The translations under genes and the position numbers were made by a program. From positions 1-38,068 of IMG/VR virus record IMGVR_UViG_3300033067_001427: a stretch of DNA of 38,068 bases; one strand, 5' to 3'. This document shows positions 9,638 to 19,881 of the stretch, piece after piece (the first letter of the stretch is position 1; every line of letters starts with the position of its first letter). The DNA is from a virus (Duplodnaviria > Caudoviricetes). The notes beneath the pieces were generated by a model. The model was not told the DNA's origin, did not search any database, and worked only from the letters and a program-made list of their open reading frames with translations.

Positions 9638-10542
9638 TAAAGCCCTCGGCGTAACATGCCAGTGCGGTTTTTAATTGATTTGCCTTCTTTTTCTATTCTT
9701 GGCGAAAGAAGTGCCACGACTTTTTTCTCTACTTTTTCAGCGGCCTCAACTCCCGCTTCATACGCTTTTGTGTGCGGAGAATTTTTTAAAAACTCATTTG
9801 CGCATCTTTGGGCAAGTAACGAGTGCAGCACTCTTGGGATTTGGATAATGGGTGTTTCACCAGCTAAAGCTACCCAGTCCCCAACAGCAAGGCGTGTGGG
9901 TAAAGTAGATGAGAAAACGATTGTAGTGCTTGTGACGCTTGAAACAGCTTGATCAATTGCGAGCGTATCAAATTGGGGATTAGCTTGAATTAAATCAAAA
10001 GTGTTTGAAGTCGTCCATGTTGTGGGAATTGTACTTGCTGCAAAGGTGAGCGTTTTAGTCCCTGTATTTATAGCCGTAATTTGTGCGGCATCCGAGCTTT
10101 CAATGACTGTACTGTGTTCTCTTATGATTGATATTCTAAGCGTTGTATAGCCGTGAGATGTGGCGGGTTTTATAAAGACGCTGTTTCCTTTGATATAAGC
10201 GCCTGGTTTATTAACAGGGCTTTCATCTGTGTCTGTCATTTCTTCTTCGGAAATCCACGGCAAATCTAGCCTGTTTGTCCCTTCGATAAGAGCCACGTTT
10301 TGAATCTTGCCACCAGCAGCGCGTGTTGAGATTGCGTACTCACCGCTTGAATTAACTGTTCTGTCGTCGTCATAAGAAAAGTAATTTTCTCTTAATCTTA
10401 CAATGAGCGGCAGAATATGATCTGAAATGCAGTCATTTACAGAAGATAAAAAACCAGCGGTAGCAGTGCTGCCAGATCCAGAAGTAGGGACAGCACCTTT
10501 TCGCTTAATTTTTTCAAGTAAGTCTTCAAACGTGTAAGACAT
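9637..10542 (-). CDS. Head-tail adaptor / tail tubular protein A-like
   Basis: MSYTFEDLLEKIKR N-terminal helix; C-terminal IPRVLHSLLAQRCA; synteny. Confidence 0.6.
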   Translation of the reverse strand: MSYTFEDLLEKIKRKGAVPTSGSGSTATAGFLSSVNDCISDHILPLIVRLRENYFSYDDDRTVNSSGEYAISTRAAGGKIQNVALIEGTNRLDLPWISEEEMTDTDESPVNKPGAYIKGNSVFIKPATSHGYTTLRISIIREHSTVIESSDAAQITAINTGTKTLTFAASTIPTTWTTSNTFDLIQANPQFDTLAIDQAVSSVTSTTIVFSSTLPTRLAVGDWVALAGETPIIQIPRVLHSLLAQRCANEFLKNSPHTKAYEAGVEAAEKVEKKVVALLSPRIEKEGKSIKNRTGMLRRGL

Positions 10543-10821
10543 TTAACACATCTTTTCGTAGAGAGATTTAAGCTGCATTAATTCTTCAGGCGTCAGTTTA
10601 GATTGATCTAATCCTCCCTTGTCTTCGCTCATTTCCATTTGTGGCGACTCAGATTTTTCATGCATGTCTGATTCTTCGCCTTCAGGCATCTCAACGCCTT
10701 CTTTGGGTGCCATAGCACTTACTTCAATTCCGACCGCTTTCGGCTTTCCAATTTTTGCAGCCATTCTATCGCCCATCATTTTTTTTATTTCGTCGAGTAT
10801 TCCTAGTTTTACGTCTTTCAT
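10543..10821 (-). CDS. Hypothetical acidic protein
   Basis: 92 aa with GGAG RBS, in operon. Confidence 0.6.
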   Translation of the reverse strand: MKDVKLGILDEIKKMMGDRMAAKIGKPKAVGIEVSAMAPKEGVEMPEGEESDMHEKSESPQMEMSEDKGGLDQSKLTPEELMQLKSLYEKMC

Positions 10822-10830
10822 TTTCTCTCC

Positions 10831-12360
10831 TTAAGATTTCCAGTTAGAAATTGGTACTGTTACGAGCAGTGAGTATGTAATCGCAGTGGCGCTACCTAAG
10901 TTAAATGTGGCAGAACCAACAGCCGCAAGAGCATTACCTTCGTTAAGCATCATCATCGCTACGTTTGTGCTGTTGTATAAAAATGCGTAGCCAGTGTAGT
11001 TACTTCCATTAATACCAGCGCAGGCAGAGCCACAATTTCCCATTAATCCATCTGTAGCTGCTGTAATTTTTGCAGTGTCGGCAGTTAGTCCAGCTATCGG
11101 AAAAAGATATGTGCCAGAGCCGTTTGCTCCACCTGTTCCGTTTTGTTTGTAGTCGTATCTAAATTGAATTGAGTCACCAACTCGACGCCAATATGCCGCG
11201 TCTGTCACTGGGGTCGTTGCTTTTGTTGGGGCAGAAGATGATCCACCAATAGTTACGCTGTAGGATGTCCACGGCGTTTCTGTCTTGTGAGCAATAACTT
11301 GCCACACAGATGCGCCATCAGAAACAATCTCATACTCCTCACCGCCAGTGTATAAAACTAGGGACGTTGCACCTGTTGTGCCATCAGACAATGTGAACGT
11401 ATCAGAACCAGCACGGTTAAGTGTTAGTGTATTAAATGCCGCTGTGGTTGCAGCCAATTTAATTTTGTATACCTTACCGGCGTTTGACGATGCGGCTGGC
11501 ATCGTTGCCGTGTCGTTATTCGTATTTGTAAGCGTCCAAAGAATAAAATCATCGCCAGATAAAATTGTGTACCCAGTGTCAGCATGTGCTTTTGACTTGT
11601 ACGATAGCGTGCTAGCAGGGGAACCCCAATCGGGATCTGTCCCGTCAGATTTCCAAACAGTTCCGGCTGCGCCTATAGTTTTTTTTGCTAACGTATTGGC
11701 AGCGCTTGCATATAGCGTATCGCCCCGAGTGTACGTCGTTATGTTGGTTCCACCTTGAGCTACTGTTGCGTTACCACTTAAATCAGCAAAAGCTACCTGT
11801 GCCCAAGCGGGTGCTGCACTATTAACCGCATCACCTGTTTGAGATAAATACTTTTTAGTTGTTGTTGTGTTGCCTGCTAAGCGCGTGCGCGTACCAGATG
11901 CCCCACCGTAAATTAAATCACCTAGTGCCGACATTGGTGAAAGTGCATCAAATGCTGCTGCGGCTGTGGTTTGTCCAGTACCGCCTGCTGTAATAGGCGT
12001 AACACCCGAAGACGATAAAACTACAGTGCCGTTAAATGTGAGTTGATCAGATGCATTGACTGTAAGTGGGATATTTGCGCCGTTAGCGTTGTTTCGCCAA
12101 GCGATTACTTCCGCATTTCCCAATCTAAGTACGCCAGTTGTTGCAACAGTCCCGCGAGATTTGTAATAAATAGATTTAAGACCTGCAGACACACCGAAAT
12201 CTGCATCGGCAGAGAGAGTGAATGTCCCGCCAGTTTTTTGAAATCCGTGGTTGGCTAAAGCTATGAGTAGACCGTCTACTTTTGTGGCACCCGCCCAGTT
12301 TTCTTCCGATGTGGAAGGTACTGAGTAGGATAATCCGTTCCAAGTTACGTTTGTACTCAT
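10831..12360 (-). CDS. Tail fiber / receptor-binding protein
   Basis: 509 aa T/G/A-rich; PITAGGTGQTT and VAQGGT repeats, GDLIY/GDTLY motifs, C-terminal YWRRVGDSI beta domain. Confidence 0.75.
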   Translation of the reverse strand: MSTNVTWNGLSYSVPSTSEENWAGATKVDGLLIALANHGFQKTGGTFTLSADADFGVSAGLKSIYYKSRGTVATTGVLRLGNAEVIAWRNNANGANIPLTVNASDQLTFNGTVVLSSSGVTPITAGGTGQTTAAAAFDALSPMSALGDLIYGGASGTRTRLAGNTTTTKKYLSQTGDAVNSAAPAWAQVAFADLSGNATVAQGGTNITTYTRGDTLYASAANTLAKKTIGAAGTVWKSDGTDPDWGSPASTLSYKSKAHADTGYTILSGDDFILWTLTNTNNDTATMPAASSNAGKVYKIKLAATTAAFNTLTLNRAGSDTFTLSDGTTGATSLVLYTGGEEYEIVSDGASVWQVIAHKTETPWTSYSVTIGGSSSAPTKATTPVTDAAYWRRVGDSIQFRYDYKQNGTGGANGSGTYLFPIAGLTADTAKITAATDGLMGNCGSACAGINGSNYTGYAFLYNSTNVAMMMLNEGNALAAVGSATFNLGSATAITYSLLVTVPISNWKS

Positions 12361-12379
12361 AGCTCTATTCCAATCTTAA

Positions 12380-12874
12380 TTAGACAATTTCAGCGAGTTT
12401 GATCGTTTTGTAGTAAAGACGACCTTGAATGTTGCCTGTGCCCGCTGTTACGTCGGTTGATGTGTGAGCGCAGATAACCGCGTTTTCAACAACAGAGGCA
12501 ACGATTGCAGGTGACCAGACATCCAAATCAGTTGAGGATTCAACTGAAGCGTTCGCAATGTCTGTTACGACTTTTGCGCCCGATCCGTCTGTGTATCTGA
12601 CTTCAAGCACACCACTTCCTAATTCAAAAGCTGTATACCCAGTAGCATTAACTTTTAAGAAAAGCCCTGTGCACACATTAACAAGCCCCGAGCCAGGTGC
12701 GGCAAGCAATGTTACAGGCGTTGCGTTTAACGTATTCATTTGAGCGGCTGTAAGAACGAAGTCTACGAAGCTGTCACCAGCACGTCCCAAATTATCCGAA
12801 AACTCAACATCGCCTACAGACTGCAATTGCTTTTGCTTTGTAGCAGCAAGATTTCTGTTTAAATATAAACTCAT
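12380..12874 (-). CDS. Putative capsid decoration/virion protein
   Basis: 164 aa directly after capsid gene; LNATPVTLLAAPG motif. Confidence 0.5.
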   Translation of the reverse strand: MSLYLNRNLAATKQKQLQSVGDVEFSDNLGRAGDSFVDFVLTAAQMNTLNATPVTLLAAPGSGLVNVCTGLFLKVNATGYTAFELGSGVLEVRYTDGSGAKVVTDIANASVESSTDLDVWSPAIVASVVENAVICAHTSTDVTAGTGNIQGRLYYKTIKLAEIV

Positions 12875-12892
12875 TTTTATTTCTCCTTATGT

Positions 12893-12926
12893 AAGAAAGG
12901 GACGCCCATCATTTGATGAGCGCCCC
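12893..12926 (-). terminator. Intrinsic terminator after major capsid gene
   Basis: Minus strand GGGGCGCTCATCA-AA-TGATGGGCGTCCC followed by TTTCTT. Confidence 0.7.
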
Positions 12927-12942
12927 ATCTCTAAACAATTAA

Positions 12943-14199
12943 TTAGTCTGTGATGCCAGTGTACTTTGTACATTGTGCAGGCGTTTCGATAACGATTGCC
13001 TGATCAGCAAATGCACGCAGTTCAAGACCCGCGACGTCTGGTACTTCCAAGAAGATTTCTTCAGATTTACCAGGGCGACGGAAGGTCACATCACTTGCGC
13101 CAACGCGTTTAATTCTCTTTTTAGGATTAGGAACCAAGAAAGCTTCCCCTTCCTTAACAAACGGATGAGCTACCATTTCGTTAGCTCCGTTTGCAGAGTG
13201 GTAAACGATAGATTCAGAACCATTCTCAGCTTTTTGAGAATAAGATCCGTATCTACGTAGGGCGGCTTCGTTAGAGTTAAGAGCGTTCCAACGCTTAGTA
13301 GCGAGGTACACTTTTGCATCTTCCATAAGGCCCATGTTGACGGCATCAGCAACACCGTTTTGGATAGCGAGCATAGAAATTGCTCCACCAACTGCACGGC
13401 TGTTTGCTTTCCAAAGCTCGTAACCAGAGCTTACAGAAGCGCTGATGTTAAATAGCGTTCCAGTGTTCGACATAATCTTGTCGATACCGGCACATTCTTT
13501 AAATGCGCTTGCTGTTCTGCTTCCGAAGAAGGACAGAACGTCGCCAGCAACAGTTGTCGAATCAGATGTCCCAAAGTTGATTTGCTTATTAGCCACATCA
13601 ACAGCGGATACGATTAGACCAGTGGTTGTACCTGTTCCCGAAGCTGCATCATGTGCAGTGTCAGAGCCAGTTACGCCAGTGTAAGAACTAAGTACGCAGT
13701 CTTTCATTGCAGACCAAATACCAGGTGCCCATGTGGCGTCAGAGATTGTTGCAATATGAGATGCGAAAGTGCCAACAGTTCCAAGTCCTCTTTGTCCGTA
13801 TAGGAAAGAGAGTTCAAGGCGTTTTGCAAACGAACGTTGCATATTATCAACAACCAAAGAGGTTGCAGATTCAAATGCAGCGGCACCTGCTTGAGAAGCT
13901 TTGTACACGTCTTCGTAGCTAAGACGAGAACGCAGTACAATCATGCTTCCACGTACTTGAGCTTTTTGTACGCTTCCTGCAACGGCAGCGTTCAATGTGA
14001 AAGCGCCATCACCGTGTGCACCGTAAGAAAAGCCGTGTTCATGTTGCAAGAGCACCGGCACTTCGTACATATCTCCCAATTTCTCTTGTTGAGAGAATGG
14101 GATTTCTTGCATGAGTTTTGCGAATTTTGGGACAGCTTTAATGGTGCCGTCGCCATATACCTTTTTAAATAGTCCATTTAGATCATTTGTCGCTGACAT
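12943..14199 (-). CDS. Major capsid protein
   Basis: 418 aa after scaffold; strong GGAGG RBS; downstream terminator; LNGLFKKVY start and P.QCTKYTGITD end fit capsid-like pattern. Confidence 0.85.
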   Translation of the reverse strand: MSATNDLNGLFKKVYGDGTIKAVPKFAKLMQEIPFSQQEKLGDMYEVPVLLQHEHGFSYGAHGDGAFTLNAAVAGSVQKAQVRGSMIVLRSRLSYEDVYKASQAGAAAFESATSLVVDNMQRSFAKRLELSFLYGQRGLGTVGTFASHIATISDATWAPGIWSAMKDCVLSSYTGVTGSDTAHDAASGTGTTTGLIVSAVDVANKQINFGTSDSTTVAGDVLSFFGSRTASAFKECAGIDKIMSNTGTLFNISASVSSGYELWKANSRAVGGAISMLAIQNGVADAVNMGLMEDAKVYLATKRWNALNSNEAALRRYGSYSQKAENGSESIVYHSANGANEMVAHPFVKEGEAFLVPNPKKRIKRVGASDVTFRRPGKSEEIFLEVPDVAGLELRAFADQAIVIETPAQCTKYTGITD

Positions 14200-14262
14200 A
14201 GATCCTCCAAAGTTAATTAGTTTTTTAGTTGTGGGATGACTTAGCGTCGTCTTTGGAGTCGT

Positions 14263-14355
14263 CTTGGTAGGCCGCCATCGTGTGAAGACTCATAACCTTG
14301 GTAGGGCTAGTGCCCATCGTGTGAAAGAGTCAACCTTGGTAGGTCGCCATCGTGT
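14263..14355 (-). repeat. Three-copy bipartite motif ACACGATGG-N3-8-CCTACCAAG in capsid leader
   Basis: Plus-strand CTTGGTAGG starts at 14263, 14297, 14335, each followed by CCATCGTGT. Confidence 0.9.
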
Positions 14356-14389
14356 CCGTTCCTAATTACAGAACGCGGGTAAAAAAAAT

Positions 14390-15490
14390 CTATCTGGCAC
14401 GCCGTGCTTCTGCGTCTATCTGCAAAGCTCTATTTCTAACCTCATCTCGCCATTCATCAGGCGACATGGGCTTTGCTTGTTGACCTTTTTTAGGATCAAC
14501 TCTTGGCGTGTCTAAAATTTGTTTCGGGATGTTTGGCTGTCCGGCTCTGATTTTGGCTAAATCACTTCTACGAATTAAATTAACCATGTCCTCACCGAAC
14601 ATTTGAGTTAATTCATCGCCAATTTTAATCAGCTTGCCGTCGTCTTTGGCTTCAATAGCTTGCTTCGCCATTTGAGAAAAGCCCGATACTAGCCACTTAA
14701 TATCATCAATCTTATCTTCTTTTACCGTTCGCGCAATATGGTTTACAGATTCCTCAGTAACATCTTGACCGCGTTCAACTAATTTTCGCATGTAATCAGC
14801 GAAATGAGTTATCGAGCGCTCGTTCTTTGGGATAAAGCCCGACTCAATGGCTTTAACTATCATCCCTTCATACTCTTGTGCCGTCTTTGTCTTAAGCTCG
14901 TTTACTTCAGACTCGTACTTTTGCTTTTTCTCTTGCTCAATGCGGGCGTTCTTTTCTTTTCTTTCTTGCTCTAACTCTCTTTGAGTCTTTTTAAGCTCAT
15001 ATTCGAGTGGGTTTCTTTCTCTTAAAATCTCATCTTGCACAACGGGAGCCAAATAGCTTTCAGCAAGCTGTCTAAATCTTTCAGGCCCCATTTTTTTAAG
15101 CAGTATCTCTTGAGCTTGAGAGTCGTCATCTAGCGCCGCCATAAATTGCTCAAGCTCTTGTCTTTTTTGATGTACTTGGTGGGCGATAGTTTCTAATTCT
15201 TGCTCACGCTTTCTTGCTTCACCAAAGCGCTTGTCAGCCGCCAATGCTTTTTGAATATACTTATCAGTCTCGGCGTCATCTAGCTCAAGCTCTACTTCTT
15301 TTTTATCAACAATAAATTTCTTTTTTACTTTAGGCTTGGGCTCTGCCTTTTCAGCGTGTATACCTTCTTTTTCGCCTTGAATCTCTGTACCATTTTGATT
15401 TGATTCTTCGCCGCCTGGATTACCTCTGTCATTTGCCGTCTGTACGTTTGGTGTTGTTACTGGCGCACTAGTTGTTGATGCTACTTCCAT
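14390..15490 (-). CDS. Capsid scaffolding protein
   Basis: Charged coiled-coil between portal and capsid; likely start MEVAST at 15490 (AGGAG RBS) rather than 15589. Confidence 0.75.
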   Translation of the reverse strand: MEVASTTSAPVTTPNVQTANDRGNPGGEESNQNGTEIQGEKEGIHAEKAEPKPKVKKKFIVDKKEVELELDDAETDKYIQKALAADKRFGEARKREQELETIAHQVHQKRQELEQFMAALDDDSQAQEILLKKMGPERFRQLAESYLAPVVQDEILRERNPLEYELKKTQRELEQERKEKNARIEQEKKQKYESEVNELKTKTAQEYEGMIVKAIESGFIPKNERSITHFADYMRKLVERGQDVTEESVNHIARTVKEDKIDDIKWLVSGFSQMAKQAIEAKDDGKLIKIGDELTQMFGEDMVNLIRRSDLAKIRAGQPNIPKQILDTPRVDPKKGQQAKPMSPDEWRDEVRNRALQIDAEARRAR

Positions 15491-15497
15491 TTGTCTC

Positions 15498-17486
15498 CTA
15501 TTGTGGCAATCCGCCTGATGCTGGATCAAACTGCTGACCACTGAGTGGATTTTCCGGCAAGTTTGGTTGTCCTGGCATAGGAGGAGCATTATTTAAATCT
15601 TGTGGCCCACCTTGAGGAGGCGGCGGTGCACCGTCTGGCCCTGGCATCCCTGGGGGCGGCATCATTGGTTGTGGAAACGGCGGTATTTTAAACGCCATAA
15701 GAATTGCTGGATCAGTATTCTGCCACACCTGCAAATGCTCGTTTACGTGTTGTTGCACGGAATTTACCAGCGCTGGGTCACGTCTTGCGTCTGGCCCGCT
15801 AAAAATAGCAGAATGACCATCAAGATGTTCTAAGTGCATGTCGCAGAACACAACCGGCACTTGCTCGCCACGCATTAGCGCTTCATTTTCTTGATCAATC
15901 GTAAGTTTTTTATTTCTTGATGGGTCAGTAAATGACTTTAAAGATCCTGTGTCTAATATCTCTGTGATTTGGGCGGGGCTTGTAACGGCACCTGGTATTG
16001 CTTGGTACTTATCAAGTAGCACCATTTTACCCGCCGTCGTATCTTTCATTGGGTTAGATTGACGACTAAACACGCGCTGCACGTCTTCAATGTCTTTCGC
16101 GCCGTATTCTTTCATCATGTATTGGTTATTAAGACCGACAATCATTCCAAGGCGTTTTTCTTTAGCGAAATCTTGGGTCAGCATGATGATGTCGTTTGCG
16201 TTATCTTCGACAAGTTTATTTGTTGAGCGCTGAAGGCCAGAGTTAAATTGGATAGACATTGATTGCAAAAGCGCCATTGCAGCGCCCGACATGTCTTTAC
16301 CTTGAGTGTTGCCACGGGCTACACTATTGACTCCAGATATAGCTTCCATGCGGCCGATGATAAAGTTTGCAAGATTAAACCATTCGGGTGGGAGTTTATT
16401 CGTAACTAAAACTTGTGGCATTTCCTCAGACTCGATTTGAGTCATACCTTGAGCTATTTGATCAATATCAATGTTGCTGCCTGGTTTTGTCCAAATGCAG
16501 TTACCTGCCGACATATTCATACTTGTAACAGCGTATGAGATAAGCGAATCCATGACGTCTTGAAGGCTTAATAAGTCATTTGTATTTGAATAACCAAGAG
16601 GGGATAGAATTTGTTCGCATGGTGCAATGCGATTGCCTGGTAATTTTCTATATGGAATGGGCCCTGAAAAAAGAGTTACGTCACTTGTCACCCATTGAAA
16701 CATTTTTCCAAACGGCAAAGCAGGTGAGCGTCTGTGATAAAACGTATAGACATCAATATCGCTAGAATCCCACGCACCATTGACGCTTAAGTCACCAAAT
16801 CTAAAAATAGCATCTTTCTGCGTATCGCGGGTAACACTTAAAATCTTATCGGCTTTATCTGGATATTGAGCAGCTAAATCAAATTTGTTTTTTGGATCAC
16901 GAACAATAATCCAATCGCGCTCAGTCCCATCAAGCTTTGTATAATCAATTACGACATCAAGGGGGGTTCTCGCACGAGAATAGACATCACCCTGTCTTAC
17001 GGGTGCGCCTGTATTTGGATCAACCGCAACATCTTGGCCCTTTGTAATATCCCACTCATTAAACACCCAAGCAGAATCCATGATGAGTGAAATTTCAGTA
17101 GCTAGATAAGTATTCTCATCAACGCGCCCAGAGCGCCTGTAGTATTCAACAATGCCTTCAGCCAAATAGGCTTGGGCTTTACTTTTTGAATCTGTATTAG
17201 TAGCTACAATCTCAACAGATGGGCGGCTCTGCATCGTTAAAACTAAAAGATGCTGTACAAGATTTCTATACTCATTCGACATTAAAAAGGATAACTCGTT
17301 GTTATCACCGCCAGCAGAAACGTAGGAAGAATTGTGGCTGCCACGTTGCCCGTAGTAAGTATCGTAAGCAATGCGCCATCGAGAAAGTCTATCTGTGTTT
17401 AAAATCCAATCGTAATAATCATCAACACGTTTTTGACATTCTCGTGCTAGTTGATCATCAGGAAGTGACGCAAAATACTCTGTCAT
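15498..17486 (-). CDS. Portal protein
   Basis: 662 aa after terminase; MEAISGVNSVARG...SGAAMALL motif; Pro/Gln-rich tail. Confidence 0.88.
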   Translation of the reverse strand: MTEYFASLPDDQLARECQKRVDDYYDWILNTDRLSRWRIAYDTYYGQRGSHNSSYVSAGGDNNELSFLMSNEYRNLVQHLLVLTMQSRPSVEIVATNTDSKSKAQAYLAEGIVEYYRRSGRVDENTYLATEISLIMDSAWVFNEWDITKGQDVAVDPNTGAPVRQGDVYSRARTPLDVVIDYTKLDGTERDWIIVRDPKNKFDLAAQYPDKADKILSVTRDTQKDAIFRFGDLSVNGAWDSSDIDVYTFYHRRSPALPFGKMFQWVTSDVTLFSGPIPYRKLPGNRIAPCEQILSPLGYSNTNDLLSLQDVMDSLISYAVTSMNMSAGNCIWTKPGSNIDIDQIAQGMTQIESEEMPQVLVTNKLPPEWFNLANFIIGRMEAISGVNSVARGNTQGKDMSGAAMALLQSMSIQFNSGLQRSTNKLVEDNANDIIMLTQDFAKEKRLGMIVGLNNQYMMKEYGAKDIEDVQRVFSRQSNPMKDTTAGKMVLLDKYQAIPGAVTSPAQITEILDTGSLKSFTDPSRNKKLTIDQENEALMRGEQVPVVFCDMHLEHLDGHSAIFSGPDARRDPALVNSVQQHVNEHLQVWQNTDPAILMAFKIPPFPQPMMPPPGMPGPDGAPPPPQGGPQDLNNAPPMPGQPNLPENPLSGQQFDPASGGLPQ

Positions 17487-17728
17487 TTTTTAAACCCTAG
17501 CTTTAGTGAGAGGCTACTTAAGCGGGATGACACTTCTTTTAATTCTGTTTTTACTTCTTTTAATTCGCTGCCTGATTTATCGTCGACAACTTTAAAATCA
17601 AGCCACATCCAAAAACCACAAAGAGCGACCGCAAACATAAGCGCAACAGTCGATGGCCAATCGGGTAAAATAATCCCACGAAACGCCAAAGCCCCACATA
17701 GACCGTAGCAGAAGTATTCCTTTTTCAT
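17483..17728 (-). CDS. Small membrane protein
   Basis: 81 aa, hydrophobic segments plus coiled C-terminus; coupled on both sides. Confidence 0.55.
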   Translation of the reverse strand: MKKEYFCYGLCGALAFRGIILPDWPSTVALMFAVALCGFWMWLDFKVVDDKSGSELKEVKTELKEVSSRLSSLSLKLGFKK

Positions 17729-17952
17729 TATTGTTCGTTCCTTGGATCAATTAATTCTTGCGCCATTGCAAACGCCATGACCCACACATCACGTGTGCCG
17801 ACTTTTTTCTTTGATAAAACTTTATTGTTTTGGATTTCGATAATCTCTGGCTGCCATGCGGGGAGCATGTCCATTGGTTCTGTTACATCTACAAGCCTGA
17901 TATATTTTTCTACTGGTAACTGAGAGTCGTCTTGCCGCAAGTTTTTTGCCAC
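17728..17952 (-). CDS. Hypothetical protein
   Basis: 74 aa, GTG start, TAATG overlap with next gene. Confidence 0.55.
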   Translation of the reverse strand: MAKNLRQDDSQLPVEKYIRLVDVTEPMDMLPAWQPEIIEIQNNKVLSKKKVGTRDVWVMAFAMAQELIDPRNEQ

Positions 17953-17974
17953 GCGTTTAATTACCTTTTGTAAT

Positions 17975-17992
17975 CTTCGCGGGATGTCGAAG
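17975..17992 (-). promoter_or_regulatory. Hairpin with ACAUCCCG loop
   Basis: CTTCG-ACATCCCG-CGAAG on minus strand, intergenic. Confidence 0.6.
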
Positions 17993-17997
17993 GGATT

Positions 17998-19515
17998 TTA
18001 CTTCAAATTAAATGCACGTTTCAGCGCATCTTTATTCTTCTTTGGCTTTTCAGTGAACCAGGTATCAGCAACAGCTTTGTTGTGATAAATCGGGATGGGA
18101 TTCGTCTTCGTGTCGCAGTTTCTCACAAGATACATGAGCGACGCAAGAGCATCGTAATGGCCGTACTTAATTGACCTATCGAATTGGCTCCTTGAGTCAT
18201 TCCATACACCATATCTTAAACAGCCAATTAACTGCACGCATTTTGGATCAACAATAATTTTACCTTGGCCTATCCAAATCCGCACTTGGTTTATCATCTG
18301 CTCGAGCGTGCCCTTGTCTGTCGGCTCGAAATAAAGCCCATGAAGCAGTGACAGGTCTTGGATAAGAAGCAGGTCGATGTCTGATATGCGCCTGATTTTA
18401 AAGTAATTATTGGGCGGGATCATTTTCCAACGTGTCTTATTGTTTTCGGTTAAAGACTCCCATTTCACATCGAAGTGCTCAGCCTCTTTTTCTCGCGTTC
18501 TTTCTGCAATCTTTTCTGTCGTCATCTCAGGGCCGTTAAGCGCAAACTCGTCTTTAATAACAAGAGCCCCACGCTGAAAGTCGTAATAACCAAACAGGTT
18601 CACGCTTAAATCTCTGACCCCAATATCAAGCGCGTCGTATTTAAAATAGTACGGGTAAAATTCGTCTCTTGGGATTTCAGCTATATATTTATCATTCCAC
18701 TCAGGGATGAGTGCCGAGTCTGTGTCCACGACATCTAACGCCAAATACTCACGCTTAACGGTAGTTGATTTAATTGAATCAAAATTACCAGAGAGAAGGG
18801 CTGTAATGTCAGAGTCTGTTACCCCGTCTTCTTTTAAAAACATTTTAATCACATCAAGCGGGTACTCACCGTCAAAAATGTCATAGTGAGAATAATTCCC
18901 TTCCATCTCAGCAATGTTTGCCATCTCAGTAAACTCATGCGCGGGCGTTCTGGGTGGGCTTGAGGCAAGGATAAGTCTTCGGCCTTTTACTACTTGCCCA
19001 TTTGGATCTAAAAGCTGTGGCATTAAAACGTCGTGCACTACGTAGTGTAAATCATCAATTGTGCCCGCCTCATCGACCAAGATTAAATCAGCAGCAGTCC
19101 CTCGGGCGTCATCAGCGTGTCCGTTATTTACGCCAGCCAAATGCAATTCACTGCCGTTTTTAAACACGTACATTGAGTCTTGTGCCTTCCACTCAGGGCG
19201 CAAATGCTCTGGGCACTCCTCAATTATCTTTTTCATTATGGGATGAACAATTTTGCGAAGGGCCTTACCTGTAGGCGCAACAAATCTAACTTGTGCGTTT
19301 TTTTGTGACAGGCATTTCATTATTGCAAGTGAGATTAAAAGAAAGGACTTACCAAGACGGCGACTGCATTTAATTACGTATTTAAATCTGTTAGATGCAG
19401 AGATTGCCCTTAGCATCTCTTTTTGGCATGGCTTTAGAGCGTAAGTTAAATCACCGTGCTCCCATAATAGTTTTACAAGTAGCGGCTCACTGTCTATGAG
19501 TGAATCAATGTTCAT
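17998..19515 (-). CDS. terL: Terminase large subunit
   Basis: Walker A SRRLGKS, Walker B ILVDEAG, ASSPP motif C, nuclease ALDIG and HYDALASLMY. Confidence 0.93.
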   Translation of the reverse strand: MNIDSLIDSEPLLVKLLWEHGDLTYALKPCQKEMLRAISASNRFKYVIKCSRRLGKSFLLISLAIMKCLSQKNAQVRFVAPTGKALRKIVHPIMKKIIEECPEHLRPEWKAQDSMYVFKNGSELHLAGVNNGHADDARGTAADLILVDEAGTIDDLHYVVHDVLMPQLLDPNGQVVKGRRLILASSPPRTPAHEFTEMANIAEMEGNYSHYDIFDGEYPLDVIKMFLKEDGVTDSDITALLSGNFDSIKSTTVKREYLALDVVDTDSALIPEWNDKYIAEIPRDEFYPYYFKYDALDIGVRDLSVNLFGYYDFQRGALVIKDEFALNGPEMTTEKIAERTREKEAEHFDVKWESLTENNKTRWKMIPPNNYFKIRRISDIDLLLIQDLSLLHGLYFEPTDKGTLEQMINQVRIWIGQGKIIVDPKCVQLIGCLRYGVWNDSRSQFDRSIKYGHYDALASLMYLVRNCDTKTNPIPIYHNKAVADTWFTEKPKKNKDALKRAFNLK

Positions 19516-19868
19516 TAATCAAATGGTAAAATCACGCCTGACTTAGTTTTACGCCACATCTTAAGGCGAGACAGCGGCCCATCACCCTCTTCGTAGTACA
19601 TAGACGCCCATACTTTTGTTGCTGCTTGCATTGCCTCAACGGACGGCACACCCTTGCCCTGAAGCTGTTGGACGACCGATAGTGTGTGAATGAAATAGCC
19701 AGTGCCGGTTTCTGAATCTCTCTCATTGATAATGCATTTATCTTTGTAACGAAGGCTAAACGTAATATCGACAACTTGGCGTGGAATACCGTCGTCACAT
19801 ATTAGCGTGCGACCTACGGCATCAGATAATTTTACTTCTGGTTTAACTACAAGTGGATCATGCGACAT
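19515..19868 (-). CDS. Hypothetical protein
   Basis: 117 aa, GGGGTG RBS, TAATG coupled to terL. Confidence 0.65.
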   Translation of the reverse strand: MSHDPLVVKPEVKLSDAVGRTLICDDGIPRQVVDITFSLRYKDKCIINERDSETGTGYFIHTLSVVQQLQGKGVPSVEAMQAATKVWASMYYEEGDGPLSRLKMWRKTKSGVILPFD

Positions 19869-19881
19869 AACACCCCGATTA

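Noticed and set aside
14263-14355. CRISPR or TIGR array
   Set aside because: Only three units, inner spacers of 3-8 nt and unequal, and no Cas or Nop-domain gene recognised
17980-17987. CsrA sites (CGGGATGT resembles the GGAUGU consensus)
   Set aside because: GGA lies on the plus strand, whereas flanking genes and G-U pairs point to the minus-strand RNA
616-19444. Numerous plus-strand ORFs opposite structural genes
   Set aside because: Antisense shadows of long, well-supported minus-strand genes
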